DNA from: Candidatus Eiseniibacteriota bacterium
Lineage (GTDB): Bacteria > Eisenbacteria > RBG-16-71-46 > CAVPCR01
Reading direction: 5' to 3'
DNA: 64,000 nucleotides
Assembly (NCBI GenBank): GCA_963823555.1
Contig: CAWGMA010000001.1
Location: 704,001-768,000, forward strand
Shown here: piece after piece, positions 1-9,204 of the stretch
Layout of the letters: each line of letters starts with the position of its first letter
Numbering within the stretch: the first letter of the stretch is position 1
Notes under the pieces: generated by a model
Seen by the model: only the letters and a program-made list of their open reading frames with translations
Database searches by the model: none
What the model was told of the DNA's origin: nothing
Made by a program: the position numbers and the translations under genes

Positions 1-1347
1 GAGCCGGCGAGCGAGGGGATCGGCGAGGCGCTCGTCAACCACGAGGGCGGGGGTTCGGTGGCCTCGATCGGGTCGACCGATCTTGCGTTCATTTCCTCCA
101 ATCTGGTGCTCAACGAGGGTACCTACGCCCGCATGTACGAGAACTCCGATCTCCTCCTGCCGCAGACGTTCGGCCGAGCTTTCGGCGACACCAAGAATGC
201 ACTGGCCGCCGCCGGTGACACGTCCGGGGCGCGCAAGTATGTGCTGCTCGGAGATCCGGCGCTCAGTCCCGGCACGCCGAACCGGCGCCTGCTCCTCGAC
301 TTTCCGGGTGCGGTGGTGCGCGGGGACACGACGGAGCTCGTTGCCGGGGTGCCCTCGATGGTCCGGGGCTGGCTCGATGGGCAACCGCCCTCTGGCTCGT
401 GGACAGCCGAGCTGCGGGCCAGGGACTCCGATGTCGTCACCCGGCATGGGACCGTGAACAGCGGGGTCAGCTACCTCCTTCCGGGGAACTCCCTCTTCCG
501 CTCGACCCTGCCCGTCTCCGGGGACACTCTCAAGTCGCAGCTCGTCGTTCCCATCGATGCCGCCCAGAGCCTCTCTCCGGGCCGCGGCGCGGGACAGACC
601 AGGGTCTATGCGAGGGGGGCGGATTTCGATGCAGCCGGCTTGAACGTGCTCTTCCTCAACGTCGAGGATGCGGAGCCGACCGAGCCGAACTCGGATGGGG
701 GTCCCCGCATCACGGTCTCCTTCGATGCTCCGGATTCTGATGCCGTCCCGCCGAATGCCACGCTCCACATCCGTCTAGAAGATCAGAGCGGGATCAACAT
801 CGTGGGCAATACCCCCTCGAACTCGGTCTTCATGCGGATCGATGAGCGCGAGACCGTGGTCATGAACGAGCAGTTCGTCTACGAGCCGGGGAGCGCGACG
901 GCGGGAACCATCGACGTGAGCTTGCCGGACCTCGAGGGAGGTCCTCACGTCATCCGTATCTACGCTTCCGACAACTACCTGAACCGGAGCGAGGAGGATG
1001 TCCCGTTCAGCATCCTGGAGGCGGGGGAGACGGGCATCCGGAACGCAGGTTTCTACCCGAACCCGTTCGACCTCGGCGCCGGCCAGGGCACGGTGCTGTC
1101 CTTCACCCTGCCCGAGCCAGCCGAGGTGTCGATCCGCATCTATACGGTCAGCGGCAAGCTCGTCCGGGACCGTTTTCCCGAGATCGACCGCGCCTTGTCC
1201 CCGGGGACGACGCAGGTTTTTTGGGATGGGCGGGATCAGGATGGAGATTTGGTCGCCAACGGGGTGTATCTGTGTGCGATCGCGGCCCATGGGAGCCTCT
1301 CCGGGACCCGGGACGAGGTCATCCTGCGCTCCGTCGTCCGCCGCTAG
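1..1347 (+). CDS. porU: C25 (gingipain)/PorU-like cysteine peptidase, C-terminal part, ending in a FlgD-Ig/T9SS-like C-terminal domain (5'-partial)
   Basis: Frame is open from base 1 (EPASEGIGEALVNHEGGGSVASIGSTDLAF). Contains YVLLGDPAL (end of C25 domain), PorU-like DQSGINIVG and ASDNYLN motifs, and a CTD (FYPNPF...IYTVSGKLVR...WDGRDQDGDLVANGVY). Sits directly upstream of a PorV-like gene. Confidence 0.75.
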   Translation, partial: EPASEGIGEALVNHEGGGSVASIGSTDLAFISSNLVLNEGTYARMYENSDLLLPQTFGRAFGDTKNALAAAGDTSGARKYVLLGDPALSPGTPNRRLLLDFPGAVVRGDTTELVAGVPSMVRGWLDGQPPSGSWTAELRARDSDVVTRHGTVNSGVSYLLPGNSLFRSTLPVSGDTLKSQLVVPIDAAQSLSPGRGAGQTRVYARGADFDAAGLNVLFLNVEDAEPTEPNSDGGPRITVSFDAPDSDAVPPNATLHIRLEDQSGINIVGNTPSNSVFMRIDERETVVMNEQFVYEPGSATAGTIDVSLPDLEGGPHVIRIYASDNYLNRSEEDVPFSILEAGETGIRNAGFYPNPFDLGAGQGTVLSFTLPEPAEVSIRIYTVSGKLVRDRFPEIDRALSPGTTQVFWDGRDQDGDLVANGVYLCAIAAHGSLSGTRDEVILRSVVRR

Positions 1348-1506
1348 TCGAGCGGGCGAACCTCTTGTCCGCTCGAGGGTTCTATCAACGTGACCGGTGG
1401 CCAGCCTGCTCCGAGCAACCACTCCCATGTGCGGAGTGTGGTGCCGATAACCAGAGAGGGCTTCCAGGCTGGGTCGGGTGACCCGGATCCGAACCCGGGC
1501 CGTGAG

Positions 1507-1535
1507 TTGACCCTCCCCCAAGCGGGTGATACGAT
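1507..1535 (+). promoter_or_regulatory. Putative sigma70 promoter for the porV-like gene
   Basis: TTGACC-N17-TACGAT with extended -10 TG; GGAGG RBS at 1571-1575. Confidence 0.5.
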
Positions 1536-1583
1536 GACGAGGCTAAGTCCTTGCTGTACAAATCATTGCTGGAGGGATCGGTG

Positions 1584-2555
1584 ATGTTTCGCGCTTTCAT
1601 GGCGGCGCTCGCCCTGTTCTTCTTCGCCGCCGGAGCCGCCCACGCTCAATCCGAGGCCGGCGCGGCTTCGCTCCAAATCGAACCCTCCGCCAGGGCCAAC
1701 GGGATGGGGAAGGGTTTTGTCGCCGTAACCGATGACGCCACCATGAGCTGGTGGAACCCCGCGTCCCTCGCCTTCGAGTCGGATCGCCAGGCCACCCTCA
1801 TGCACAGCCAGCTCGTGCCTGGTCTCGCCGACGATGTCTTCTACGAGTTCTTCGGCTACACCTCGAGCATCAAGGGGCTCGGCGGATTTGGTGTCAGCCT
1901 CATTTACCTCACCTATGGCAAGAATGTGGCCACCGACTTTTCGGGTCAGGTGATCGGCGAGTTCACGAGCTACGAAGTGGTGCCGGCGGTCTCGTTCGGG
2001 ACCAAGCTCATGGACAACCTCGGTCTTGGGGTCAACTTCAAGTTCGTCTGGGTGGACCTGGCGCCGGCGGCGGTCACCCGCGACGGGCACGACGGCCGCG
2101 GCACGACCGTGGCGCTCGACGGCGCCATGTTGTGGCGCATCCCGAAGTACCGCTTGAACGCAGCCTTCAATTTCCAGAACATCGGACCGGATCTGGCCTT
2201 CATCGATGAGGACCAGTCGGATCCTCTGCCGCGGAACCTGAAGCTGGGCCTTGCCTACTGGCTGCTCGCGACGGAGGCGCACACCGTGATCCTGGCTGGG
2301 GATCTGAACAAGCCTTTCGTCCGCGTCGATGACGGCCCGCTGCTCAACGTGGGCGCCGAGTATCAACTCGGCCAGTACCTCGCCGGGCGCTTCGGCTGGG
2401 TCTACGAGGGGTGGTTCTCCCAGATCGATCCCATCAACGGTCCATCATTCGGTCTCGGACTCCGATACAAGGGATTCTCGTTCGATTACGCGAGCGTTCC
2501 GCAGGCCCCTGGCCTCGATCGCGTGAGTCGGTTCTCGTTCAACGCCCGCTTCTAG
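1584..2555 (+). CDS. porV: PorV/PorQ (FadL-like) outer-membrane beta-barrel protein
   Basis: Signal peptide, then LQIEPSARANGMG...VAVTDDA..WWNPASL, QNIGP and DPLPRNLKLG; terminal Phe; RBS before ATG 1584. Confidence 0.8.
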   Translation: MFRAFMAALALFFFAAGAAHAQSEAGAASLQIEPSARANGMGKGFVAVTDDATMSWWNPASLAFESDRQATLMHSQLVPGLADDVFYEFFGYTSSIKGLGGFGVSLIYLTYGKNVATDFSGQVIGEFTSYEVVPAVSFGTKLMDNLGLGVNFKFVWVDLAPAAVTRDGHDGRGTTVALDGAMLWRIPKYRLNAAFNFQNIGPDLAFIDEDQSDPLPRNLKLGLAYWLLATEAHTVILAGDLNKPFVRVDDGPLLNVGAEYQLGQYLAGRFGWVYEGWFSQIDPINGPSFGLGLRYKGFSFDYASVPQAPGLDRVSRFSFNARF

Positions 2556-2583
2556 GACGCGGCGGGGAGTCAGGCAAAACCGC

Positions 2584-3618
2584 ATGCATCTCGCCTCTAG
2601 GATGAAGAGGCCTCGCGAGAGGGAGGCCGCACCGCCGCGGCAGCGGGCGAGGGCGCCCTATCGCCTCGCGGCGGGGCTCCTGGCGATCGTGCTCGGCTCT
2701 CTCCTTCTCGCCGCTCCGGCCGTTGCCGGTCTCGGAGATCCGGAGCCCTCGCCCTTCTTCCCCATTCGCAGCCTCTTCGGATTCCCGGACCAGTCTCCGG
2801 GGCTGGCCCAGCGAGCCATCGAGGACGAGGAAGAGAAGAAGAAGCCCGCCGAGGAAGTGCCGCCGGAGCTCTCGATCCCGGAGCCGCCGCCCCTCACCAC
2901 CGAGATCGAGCCCAAGTCCCCGACCAAGGCCTTCCTCCTGTCCGCGGCGGTCCCGGGCCTCGGTGAGCTCTACAGCGGTTCCAATCGCGGGTACATCTTC
3001 CTCGGCGTCGAAGCGGCAGCATGGATCACGTACGCCTCGTACAAGTCGAGCGCCGGCAACAAGGAAGACGAGCTCTACGCGTACGCCGACCGTAGCTTCT
3101 CGATCGCGGCTTTCGAAACCGGATGTGTCGGGCAGCCGGGCCAGCCTTGCCAGGAGGCTCTCGACGCCATCAACAATTTCTACCTCAACGACAAGGGCGA
3201 GTACTACGAGATCATCTCCAAGAACCCCATCTACAAGCCCGGATGGGGTGTGCAGGTGCAGTCCGACGGCAGCTTCACCTATGAGAACTGCGATCTCGGC
3301 GATCTGGGCTGCCCGCCCGATCCCAGCCAGCCCGGTCAAGAGGCCGCCTACCGGCAATGGGTTGCGGACCAGGCGGCCGCCCAGGATCGGGACTACATCC
3401 AGTACAATGGCCTGCGTGATGACCGCAACTCGCTCGATTCCAACGCGCGCACCGCGACGATGGTGGTGCTCATCAATCACATCGCCTCCGCTTTCGATGC
3501 TCTGATGGTCGCCCGGGGCTTCAACGCCAGCCTGCCCCAGGGTGTGGACATGAAATTCACGATCAAGACGTCGCTCGGCAATCCTGGCGGCAAGGTCGTC
3601 TTCAAGCGCAAGTTCTGA
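2584..3618 (+). CDS. Exported/outer-membrane hypothetical protein with a DUF5683-like motif
   Basis: Signal-like hydrophobic segment, KAFLLSAAVPGLGELYSG, NHIASAFDA and a terminal beta-strand ending in F. Confidence 0.65.
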   Translation: MHLASRMKRPREREAAPPRQRARAPYRLAAGLLAIVLGSLLLAAPAVAGLGDPEPSPFFPIRSLFGFPDQSPGLAQRAIEDEEEKKKPAEEVPPELSIPEPPPLTTEIEPKSPTKAFLLSAAVPGLGELYSGSNRGYIFLGVEAAAWITYASYKSSAGNKEDELYAYADRSFSIAAFETGCVGQPGQPCQEALDAINNFYLNDKGEYYEIISKNPIYKPGWGVQVQSDGSFTYENCDLGDLGCPPDPSQPGQEAAYRQWVADQAAAQDRDYIQYNGLRDDRNSLDSNARTATMVVLINHIASAFDALMVARGFNASLPQGVDMKFTIKTSLGNPGGKVVFKRKF

Positions 3619-3620
3619 AC

Positions 3621-4526
3621 GTGACTCATCGCTTCCCGATCACACCGGTTCTCGTTCTCGCCGTTGCCGCGATGGTGGCTGCGGCTTCGCCGTCCGTTGC
3701 GGGGGATGGGGCCGCCACCAGCGGGCCCGAGCCGGCGCTCGCTTCCTCGTTCCCGCCATTCGAGCTCGATGTCGAAGCCGCGATCCAGCTCGCCCAGGTC
3801 GATCCGACCCGCGGCGGGGACCAGGATGACGAGGACGACAAGAAGCGGCCCGATCCCGAAGTCAGCCCCGTCGATACCGGCGGTCCTTCACGGGCGAAGG
3901 CGATCCTCTACTCCGCGCTCCTTCCCGGGATGGGCCAGCTCTACGCCGGCGACAAGACCATGGGGACCATCTTCCTCATCGGCGAGGCGGTCTGCTGGAC
4001 GAGCTATGCCACCTTCCAGGTCCAGGGCAGCCAGCGCGAGGATCGTTACATCCAGTATGCCGAGCGCTTTGCCGGTGTCGGTGACGCCAGCGGTCAGTCG
4101 AGCTCCTACTACGGTTCTCTGGCCCGCTACGACCGTTCGGGCGAGCCGGGCGGCCCGGAAAGCTACAACGAGATCGAAGTACGTCTTCGCGCGCGCGAGC
4201 TCTATCCCGACGATCAAGCCCAGCAGGCGGAATACATCAGGGAGAACGAGATCACCGGGGAGCAGGCCTGGGACTGGGAATCGGATGATCGCCGCTACGA
4301 CTACGCCGACATTCGCATCTCCTCCGAAACGGCGTATCATCGGGCCAATTACGCCGTGGCCGGGCTCGTGGTCAATCGGATCCTGAGCGTCTTGCATGCC
4401 GTCTGGTTGACAGCAGACGAGGAAGAGCCGGCCGCGGACAGTGGTGTCAAGCGGACGGCCCGGCCGTTTGCCGACAGCGACTTCGCCCTCGGGTCGAGTC
4501 GCCTCGGTGTGCGTTACACGTTCTGA
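3621..4526 (+). CDS. Paralog of the preceding DUF5683-like protein
   Basis: KAILYSALLPGMGQLYAG, NRILSVLHA and terminal RLGVRYTF; starts 2 nt after the previous stop. Confidence 0.65.
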   Translation: MTHRFPITPVLVLAVAAMVAAASPSVAGDGAATSGPEPALASSFPPFELDVEAAIQLAQVDPTRGGDQDDEDDKKRPDPEVSPVDTGGPSRAKAILYSALLPGMGQLYAGDKTMGTIFLIGEAVCWTSYATFQVQGSQREDRYIQYAERFAGVGDASGQSSSYYGSLARYDRSGEPGGPESYNEIEVRLRARELYPDDQAQQAEYIRENEITGEQAWDWESDDRRYDYADIRISSETAYHRANYAVAGLVVNRILSVLHAVWLTADEEEPAADSGVKRTARPFADSDFALGSSRLGVRYTF

Positions 4527-4596
4527 CCCCCCGCGCGGGCGCCGCAGGCGCCGGGTGCGCTCCGCGGTCCTGAAGCCCGCGCCCCAGGCCAGCCCC

Positions 4597-5616
4597 ATGT
4601 CGATGCCAGCGCACCGCAAATCCCATCTCAAGAGAATCGCCGCGGCGTTCCTCGCCGCATTCACCGCCGTGGCCATGACGGCGGTCCTCGCCGCTGAGCC
4701 CGATTCCCTCGCGACCGTCGCGACCGATGCTCGTGCTCCCGGATCCGCCGACAGCCTGAATCTGCGCTTCGAGTCGATTCTGGGGCACAGCGGCAACGAG
4801 CACGGCGAGTTCCGGCGCCCACTCGCCGTCTCGGAATCGCCATCCGGGGTGCTCGTCGTCGACACCGGCAACAGCCGTGTGCAGAGCCTCGATGCGAACG
4901 GGGAGTACTTGTGGGAGGCGGGAGGACTGGGCACGGCCGAAGGAAGCCTCCGCCGGCCCACCTCCGCCGTGGCCAGCGGACTGGCCGTCTACGTGCTCGA
5001 CGCACTTGGCCTGCGCATCCATCAATTCCATATCCGCGGGGAATATCAAGGAGTCGCTCTCGACTTCCGGCGGCCCGATCTCGAGGATAGGCTGGGACGC
5101 GTCGATCCCCGCGGCCTCGCCGTCGGGCGCTCGGGCAGCATTCTCGTCACCGACTCCGAAGGGGACCGGCTCCTCGTCTTCGCCCCGGATTGGGCCCTCC
5201 TTCACGTCATCGGGGGATTCGGCTCGGGGCCGCAGTCGTTCTCGGATCCGGAGGGCATCGCGACCGATCGCGAGCGCATCCTGGTCGCCGATTCGGGCAA
5301 CGAGCGCATCCAGGTGCTCGACTTCATGGGCCGCTTCATCGCCAGCTGGCCGGTGCCCGGTGGTGGGCGGCCGATGAGCGTGGCGGTGGACGCACGCGGC
5401 GTCATCTACGTTGCCGATGCCGGCCGCCACCGCGTGCTCGCGCTCGGCAGGAGCGGTCAGCTGCTCGGTTCGGTCGGGGCCGAGGGCCGGGGGCCGGGTT
5501 CTCTCCGCGGTCCGTCGGGCGTGTGCGTGATCGGGGATCGCCTGATCGTCGCCGACTCGGAGAACGATCGACTCGCCCGGTTCATCATCGAACGCGCTGG
5601 CGGATCGAGCCCGTAG
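4597..5616 (+). CDS. Exported NHL-repeat beta-propeller protein
   Basis: Repeated G-x-F/L-x-x-P-x-G/A-x-A ... V-(A/V/T)-D-x-G/E-N-x-R-(I/V/L) units; signal peptide; start chosen at ATG 4597. Confidence 0.85.
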   Translation: MSMPAHRKSHLKRIAAAFLAAFTAVAMTAVLAAEPDSLATVATDARAPGSADSLNLRFESILGHSGNEHGEFRRPLAVSESPSGVLVVDTGNSRVQSLDANGEYLWEAGGLGTAEGSLRRPTSAVASGLAVYVLDALGLRIHQFHIRGEYQGVALDFRRPDLEDRLGRVDPRGLAVGRSGSILVTDSEGDRLLVFAPDWALLHVIGGFGSGPQSFSDPEGIATDRERILVADSGNERIQVLDFMGRFIASWPVPGGGRPMSVAVDARGVIYVADAGRHRVLALGRSGQLLGSVGAEGRGPGSLRGPSGVCVIGDRLIVADSENDRLARFIIERAGGSSP

Positions 5617-5664
5617 CAGGGCGGCAGGCGGGAACCGGAGGATGAGCACGGAGCAAAGGGCATC

Positions 5665-8600
5665 ATGAGGCAGCCGACGAGCGTGCGACATGGAGCCTCC
5701 GGGAGGGCGCCCGACCGCTGGCGATCCCTGATGGCTCCCGCGGTCAGGCTCGGACTCCTGCTCGCCCTGGTTCCGGCTCCCGCCCGGGCGGCGGCTGATC
5801 CTGATTCGTCCGCCGCGACTCCGGCTCCGTTCCCTCTCATCGCGCTCGACCGTACCCGCGTCACGATGATGGTCTCCGGCGACCGCCTCTGTCTCGAGCA
5901 CCGCCATCTCGATCCATCCACTCTCATCGTGCGCTTGGGGCAGAGTCAGCTCGTGCCCGGGCGCGATTTCGCGCTCGATGCCGCCGCGGGCTGCCTCACC
6001 TTCGCCGATCCCCGCCGGTTCCTCGGCGCCCATCTCGAGATCCAGTACGCTCATTTCCCGTTCCCGCTCGCCACCCGCTACGTGCATCGCGATCCGGTTC
6101 CCCTCGAGGTGCCGGCCGGCGCTCCTCCCGACACGGTGATCCCGATCGAGCGGCACGAGCGCCTGGCGACCATCCCACCGGCGTCCGGCGGCCGGCTCCA
6201 GATCCGCGGCAACAAGAGCTTCGCGGTGCGGGTGGGTTCCAACCGGGATGCCAGTCTCAACCAATCGCTCGACCTCGATGTGAGCGGCGAGGTCGCCAGC
6301 GGGGTCGAACTCCGGGCCATCCTCACCGACCGGGACCTGCCGCTGCAGCCGCAGGGCGATACCGAAACACTCAACGAGCTCGACAAGATCCTCCTGGAGG
6401 TCCGCTCCAAGAGCCTCGCCGCCACTCTCGGCGATTACGACGTACAGGCTTTCGGCGGCAGCTTCCTGAGCTACTCGAAACGGCTCGAGGGGGTGAAGGC
6501 GGAGGGCAGACACGACGGGCGCGAGTTCGTGATGGCGGCCGCCGTGGCCAAGGGCGAGTTCATCTCGCTGCCGGTGCCCGCGCTCGAAGGCAAGCAGGGG
6601 CCCTACGCGCTGACCGACGCTTCGGGCAACACATCGATCGTCGTCGTTGCTGGATCCGAGGCCGTATGGCTGAACGGGGAACGCCTCACCCGAGGTGACG
6701 GCAACGACTACACGATCGACTACGGGCGAGCCGAGGTCACCTTCACCACGCGCCGTCTCATCACTCGTGATTCGCGCATCGTCGTGGACTTCGAATACAC
6801 CACCGAGGCCTTCGAGCGCAATTTCTACGTCGGTGGCGCGCGGGGCTCGCTGGGGGGCGACAAGTTCTCGTTCGGGGCGTCGGTGGTCTCGGAGTCCGAC
6901 GATGCCAAGAACCCGATCGGATCCCTGAGCGACGCCGAGCGTTCGGTCCTGGCGGCTGCCGGCGATACCTTGCGTGCGACGGCGCAGGCCGGAGCGGTCC
7001 TGGTCGGTGATGGTCGCGGGGACTACGTTGCACTCGGCGAGAGCACGGAGGCGCTCCGCTATCAATACGTCGGACCGAACCGCGGCAACTACGAGGTCAA
7101 CTTCCTCCATGTCGGGCTTGGCGCGGGAGACTACCTCGACTCGCTGACCGTGAGCGGGGGCAAGGCCTATCGCTGGGTGGGGGCGGGGTCGGGAAGCTAC
7201 GAGCCGGGGCGTTTCCTGGCCGCACCCGAGAGCCACCAGATTCTCGACTTCACGGGCCAGAGTCGTCTCGGCGACTTCGAGCTGGGCGGCGAGTTCGCTC
7301 TGTCGGGCCTCGATCTCAACACGCTCTCGAGCAGCGACGACCTCGACAACACCGGGACGGCCACCGGCCTTCGGCTGGGCTATTCGCCGACCGTCACCCT
7401 GGCTGGCCATCAAGTGGGAGTCGCGGTCCGCGCCGGCTATCGCGATGTCGGCACCAGCTTCCGCACGCTCGGTCGTATCCGCCCAGCCGACTACGCCTAC
7501 ACGTGGAACGCTCCGGCCGGCGCCTTCGATCAGGGCGAGCGCTTGCGGGACCTGGGGATGGAGGTCACCCCACTCAGGGGGGTGAGCATCGGCGGCGATT
7601 TCGGCTCCACCCGCACCGAGCTCTTCGCCGGAGATCGTTCCGGGATGAGCATCGCGCTCGATCGCGAGCTCCGCGGCCGTTTCCGGCTCGAACGCATCGC
7701 CGGCCAGGATCGCGGGGCACCGGCGGCCGATTCGACCGGGATCGCCGCCGTGACCGCAGATCTGGATCGTGCCTACGAGAGCGGAGAGCTCGCCACCGAC
7801 GTCCGAATGTTCACGCCGCGGCTGCGCTACGAACGCGACGAGCGCATCGAATACCGCGGGGCGGTCCGCGTCGGCTCCGGTTACACGGTCTTCGGCGGTG
7901 GCACCGAGGTGCGCCTGCCGTCGCGGGCGCGGCTCACCCTCGACTTCCGCCAGCGTGACGATCGTGTCCTCGGCACCGGGAGCCCGTGGTCTGAGACCGT
8001 TGCCGCCTTCGAGCAGAGCTACCGCCTCGAGGTGCCGCGGGTGAGCGCGGTTTCGGTGAGCGGTGCCTTCACGCGCCGTACCTCCGATGATCGACTGCGC
8101 GCGGTGCGGCAGGTGTCGGACCTGATTCAGCTCGATATCGTGCATTCCTCACAGCGGGGCGGAGTCGAATCGGAAACCCACGCCGATGTCACGACCACGG
8201 ATGTCGGCGGCGAGAACCAGGAGCTGGTCTACGTCGGTGCGGGGCAGGGCGTGCTCGATGAGTACGGGCGTTACGTGGGTCCGGGCGGGGATTACGTCCT
8301 GCGCCAGACCAATGGTGGGATCCCCGATCTGCGCACCCGGCTGCGCCTGGCGGCGCGGGCCGAGGTCCGCCCGCGTCGCTTCCTGGAGCCCTCGGCCGGC
8401 GGTGCCCGGCGCGTCCTGGCGGCACTCGGCGCCGAGACCACGATGCAGGTGGATGAGCTCACGCGGCTCAACCTCTCGAGCCCGCGCTACTTCTTCTTCC
8501 CCTCCAACTACCAGCGTGAGGATGCCACGTTCCGTGGCACGTTCTACCTGCGGCAGGATGTCGACATCCTCGAGTCCAACATGCTCCTGAGCTTCCGAGT

Positions 8601-9186
8601 CCGCGGCGAGCTGCGGAACGAGCTCGACAACCGGGTCTCCGGGGTGAGCAAGGACCGGGAGGCGAGGACGACAGGGCTTCGCGTGCGTTCCTCTCCGTGG
8701 TCGCCGTTCTCCGCCGAGCTCGAGCAGACCTGGGGCACCGCCAGCGATGTCGAGGCGGCGACCGGCGCCGGAAGCCCAAGCCTGGGCGAGAGCCGCCTCG
8801 ATCTCGACACCGGGTCGACGGCACTCGAGCTCACCTCGCGTCCGGGGCGCGATACGCGGATCGGCTTCCTCGTCCGCCGCCAGGTGGAGCAGGTCACGGG
8901 GGGGACGGCCGAGGCCGACATTCTCGAGCTCACGCCCAGCGTGACGACCTACTGGCGGCGGGCACGAGTGGACCTGCGCTACCGGCGCGTTCGTGAGGAG
9001 CGGACCGGGGTCTTCCCTCCGAGCTATCGCGCCAGCTTCCAGCCAGGAACGCGCAGCGAGTACGGCGTCAACATGGACTATCGCCCCCTCGAGCATGTGA
9101 CCCTCACCGGTGGCCTGGAGGGCATCCGACTGCCGACCCAGTCCTTCAATCACACCGCGCGCCTCGAAGTGCGCATCTTCTTCTAG
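5665..9186 (+). CDS. Large outer-membrane beta-barrel protein, SprA/Sov-like, about half the SprA length (alternative start 5731)
   Basis: Signal peptide; QSLDLDVSGEV and VVAGSEAVWLNGERLTRGDGNDYTIDYGRAEVTF..IVVDFE resemble SprA motifs; many alternating beta-strands; C-terminal ARLEVRIFF. Confidence 0.6.
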   Translation: MRQPTSVRHGASGRAPDRWRSLMAPAVRLGLLLALVPAPARAAADPDSSAATPAPFPLIALDRTRVTMMVSGDRLCLEHRHLDPSTLIVRLGQSQLVPGRDFALDAAAGCLTFADPRRFLGAHLEIQYAHFPFPLATRYVHRDPVPLEVPAGAPPDTVIPIERHERLATIPPASGGRLQIRGNKSFAVRVGSNRDASLNQSLDLDVSGEVASGVELRAILTDRDLPLQPQGDTETLNELDKILLEVRSKSLAATLGDYDVQAFGGSFLSYSKRLEGVKAEGRHDGREFVMAAAVAKGEFISLPVPALEGKQGPYALTDASGNTSIVVVAGSEAVWLNGERLTRGDGNDYTIDYGRAEVTFTTRRLITRDSRIVVDFEYTTEAFERNFYVGGARGSLGGDKFSFGASVVSESDDAKNPIGSLSDAERSVLAAAGDTLRATAQAGAVLVGDGRGDYVALGESTEALRYQYVGPNRGNYEVNFLHVGLGAGDYLDSLTVSGGKAYRWVGAGSGSYEPGRFLAAPESHQILDFTGQSRLGDFELGGEFALSGLDLNTLSSSDDLDNTGTATGLRLGYSPTVTLAGHQVGVAVRAGYRDVGTSFRTLGRIRPADYAYTWNAPAGAFDQGERLRDLGMEVTPLRGVSIGGDFGSTRTELFAGDRSGMSIALDRELRGRFRLERIAGQDRGAPAADSTGIAAVTADLDRAYESGELATDVRMFTPRLRYERDERIEYRGAVRVGSGYTVFGGGTEVRLPSRARLTLDFRQRDDRVLGTGSPWSETVAAFEQSYRLEVPRVSAVSVSGAFTRRTSDDRLRAVRQVSDLIQLDIVHSSQRGGVESETHADVTTTDVGGENQELVYVGAGQGVLDEYGRYVGPGGDYVLRQTNGGIPDLRTRLRLAARAEVRPRRFLEPSAGGARRVLAALGAETTMQVDELTRLNLSSPRYFFFPSNYQREDATFRGTFYLRQDVDILESNMLLSFRVRGELRNELDNRVSGVSKDREARTTGLRVRSSPWSPFSAELEQTWGTASDVEAATGAGSPSLGESRLDLDTGSTALELTSRPGRDTRIGFLVRRQVEQVTGGTAEADILELTPSVTTYWRRARVDLRYRRVREERTGVFPPSYRASFQPGTRSEYGVNMDYRPLEHVTLTGGLEGIRLPTQSFNHTARLEVRIFF

Positions 9187-9204
9187 TTGGAGGCGATTCC
9201 GGCC

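Noticed and set aside
4447..8145. 1232-aa minus-strand ORF, and similar long shadow ORFs such as 38496-40880, 8149-9594, 9649-11154 and 14709-16391
   Set aside because: Antisense to well-supported genes, no motifs; expected in high-GC DNA.
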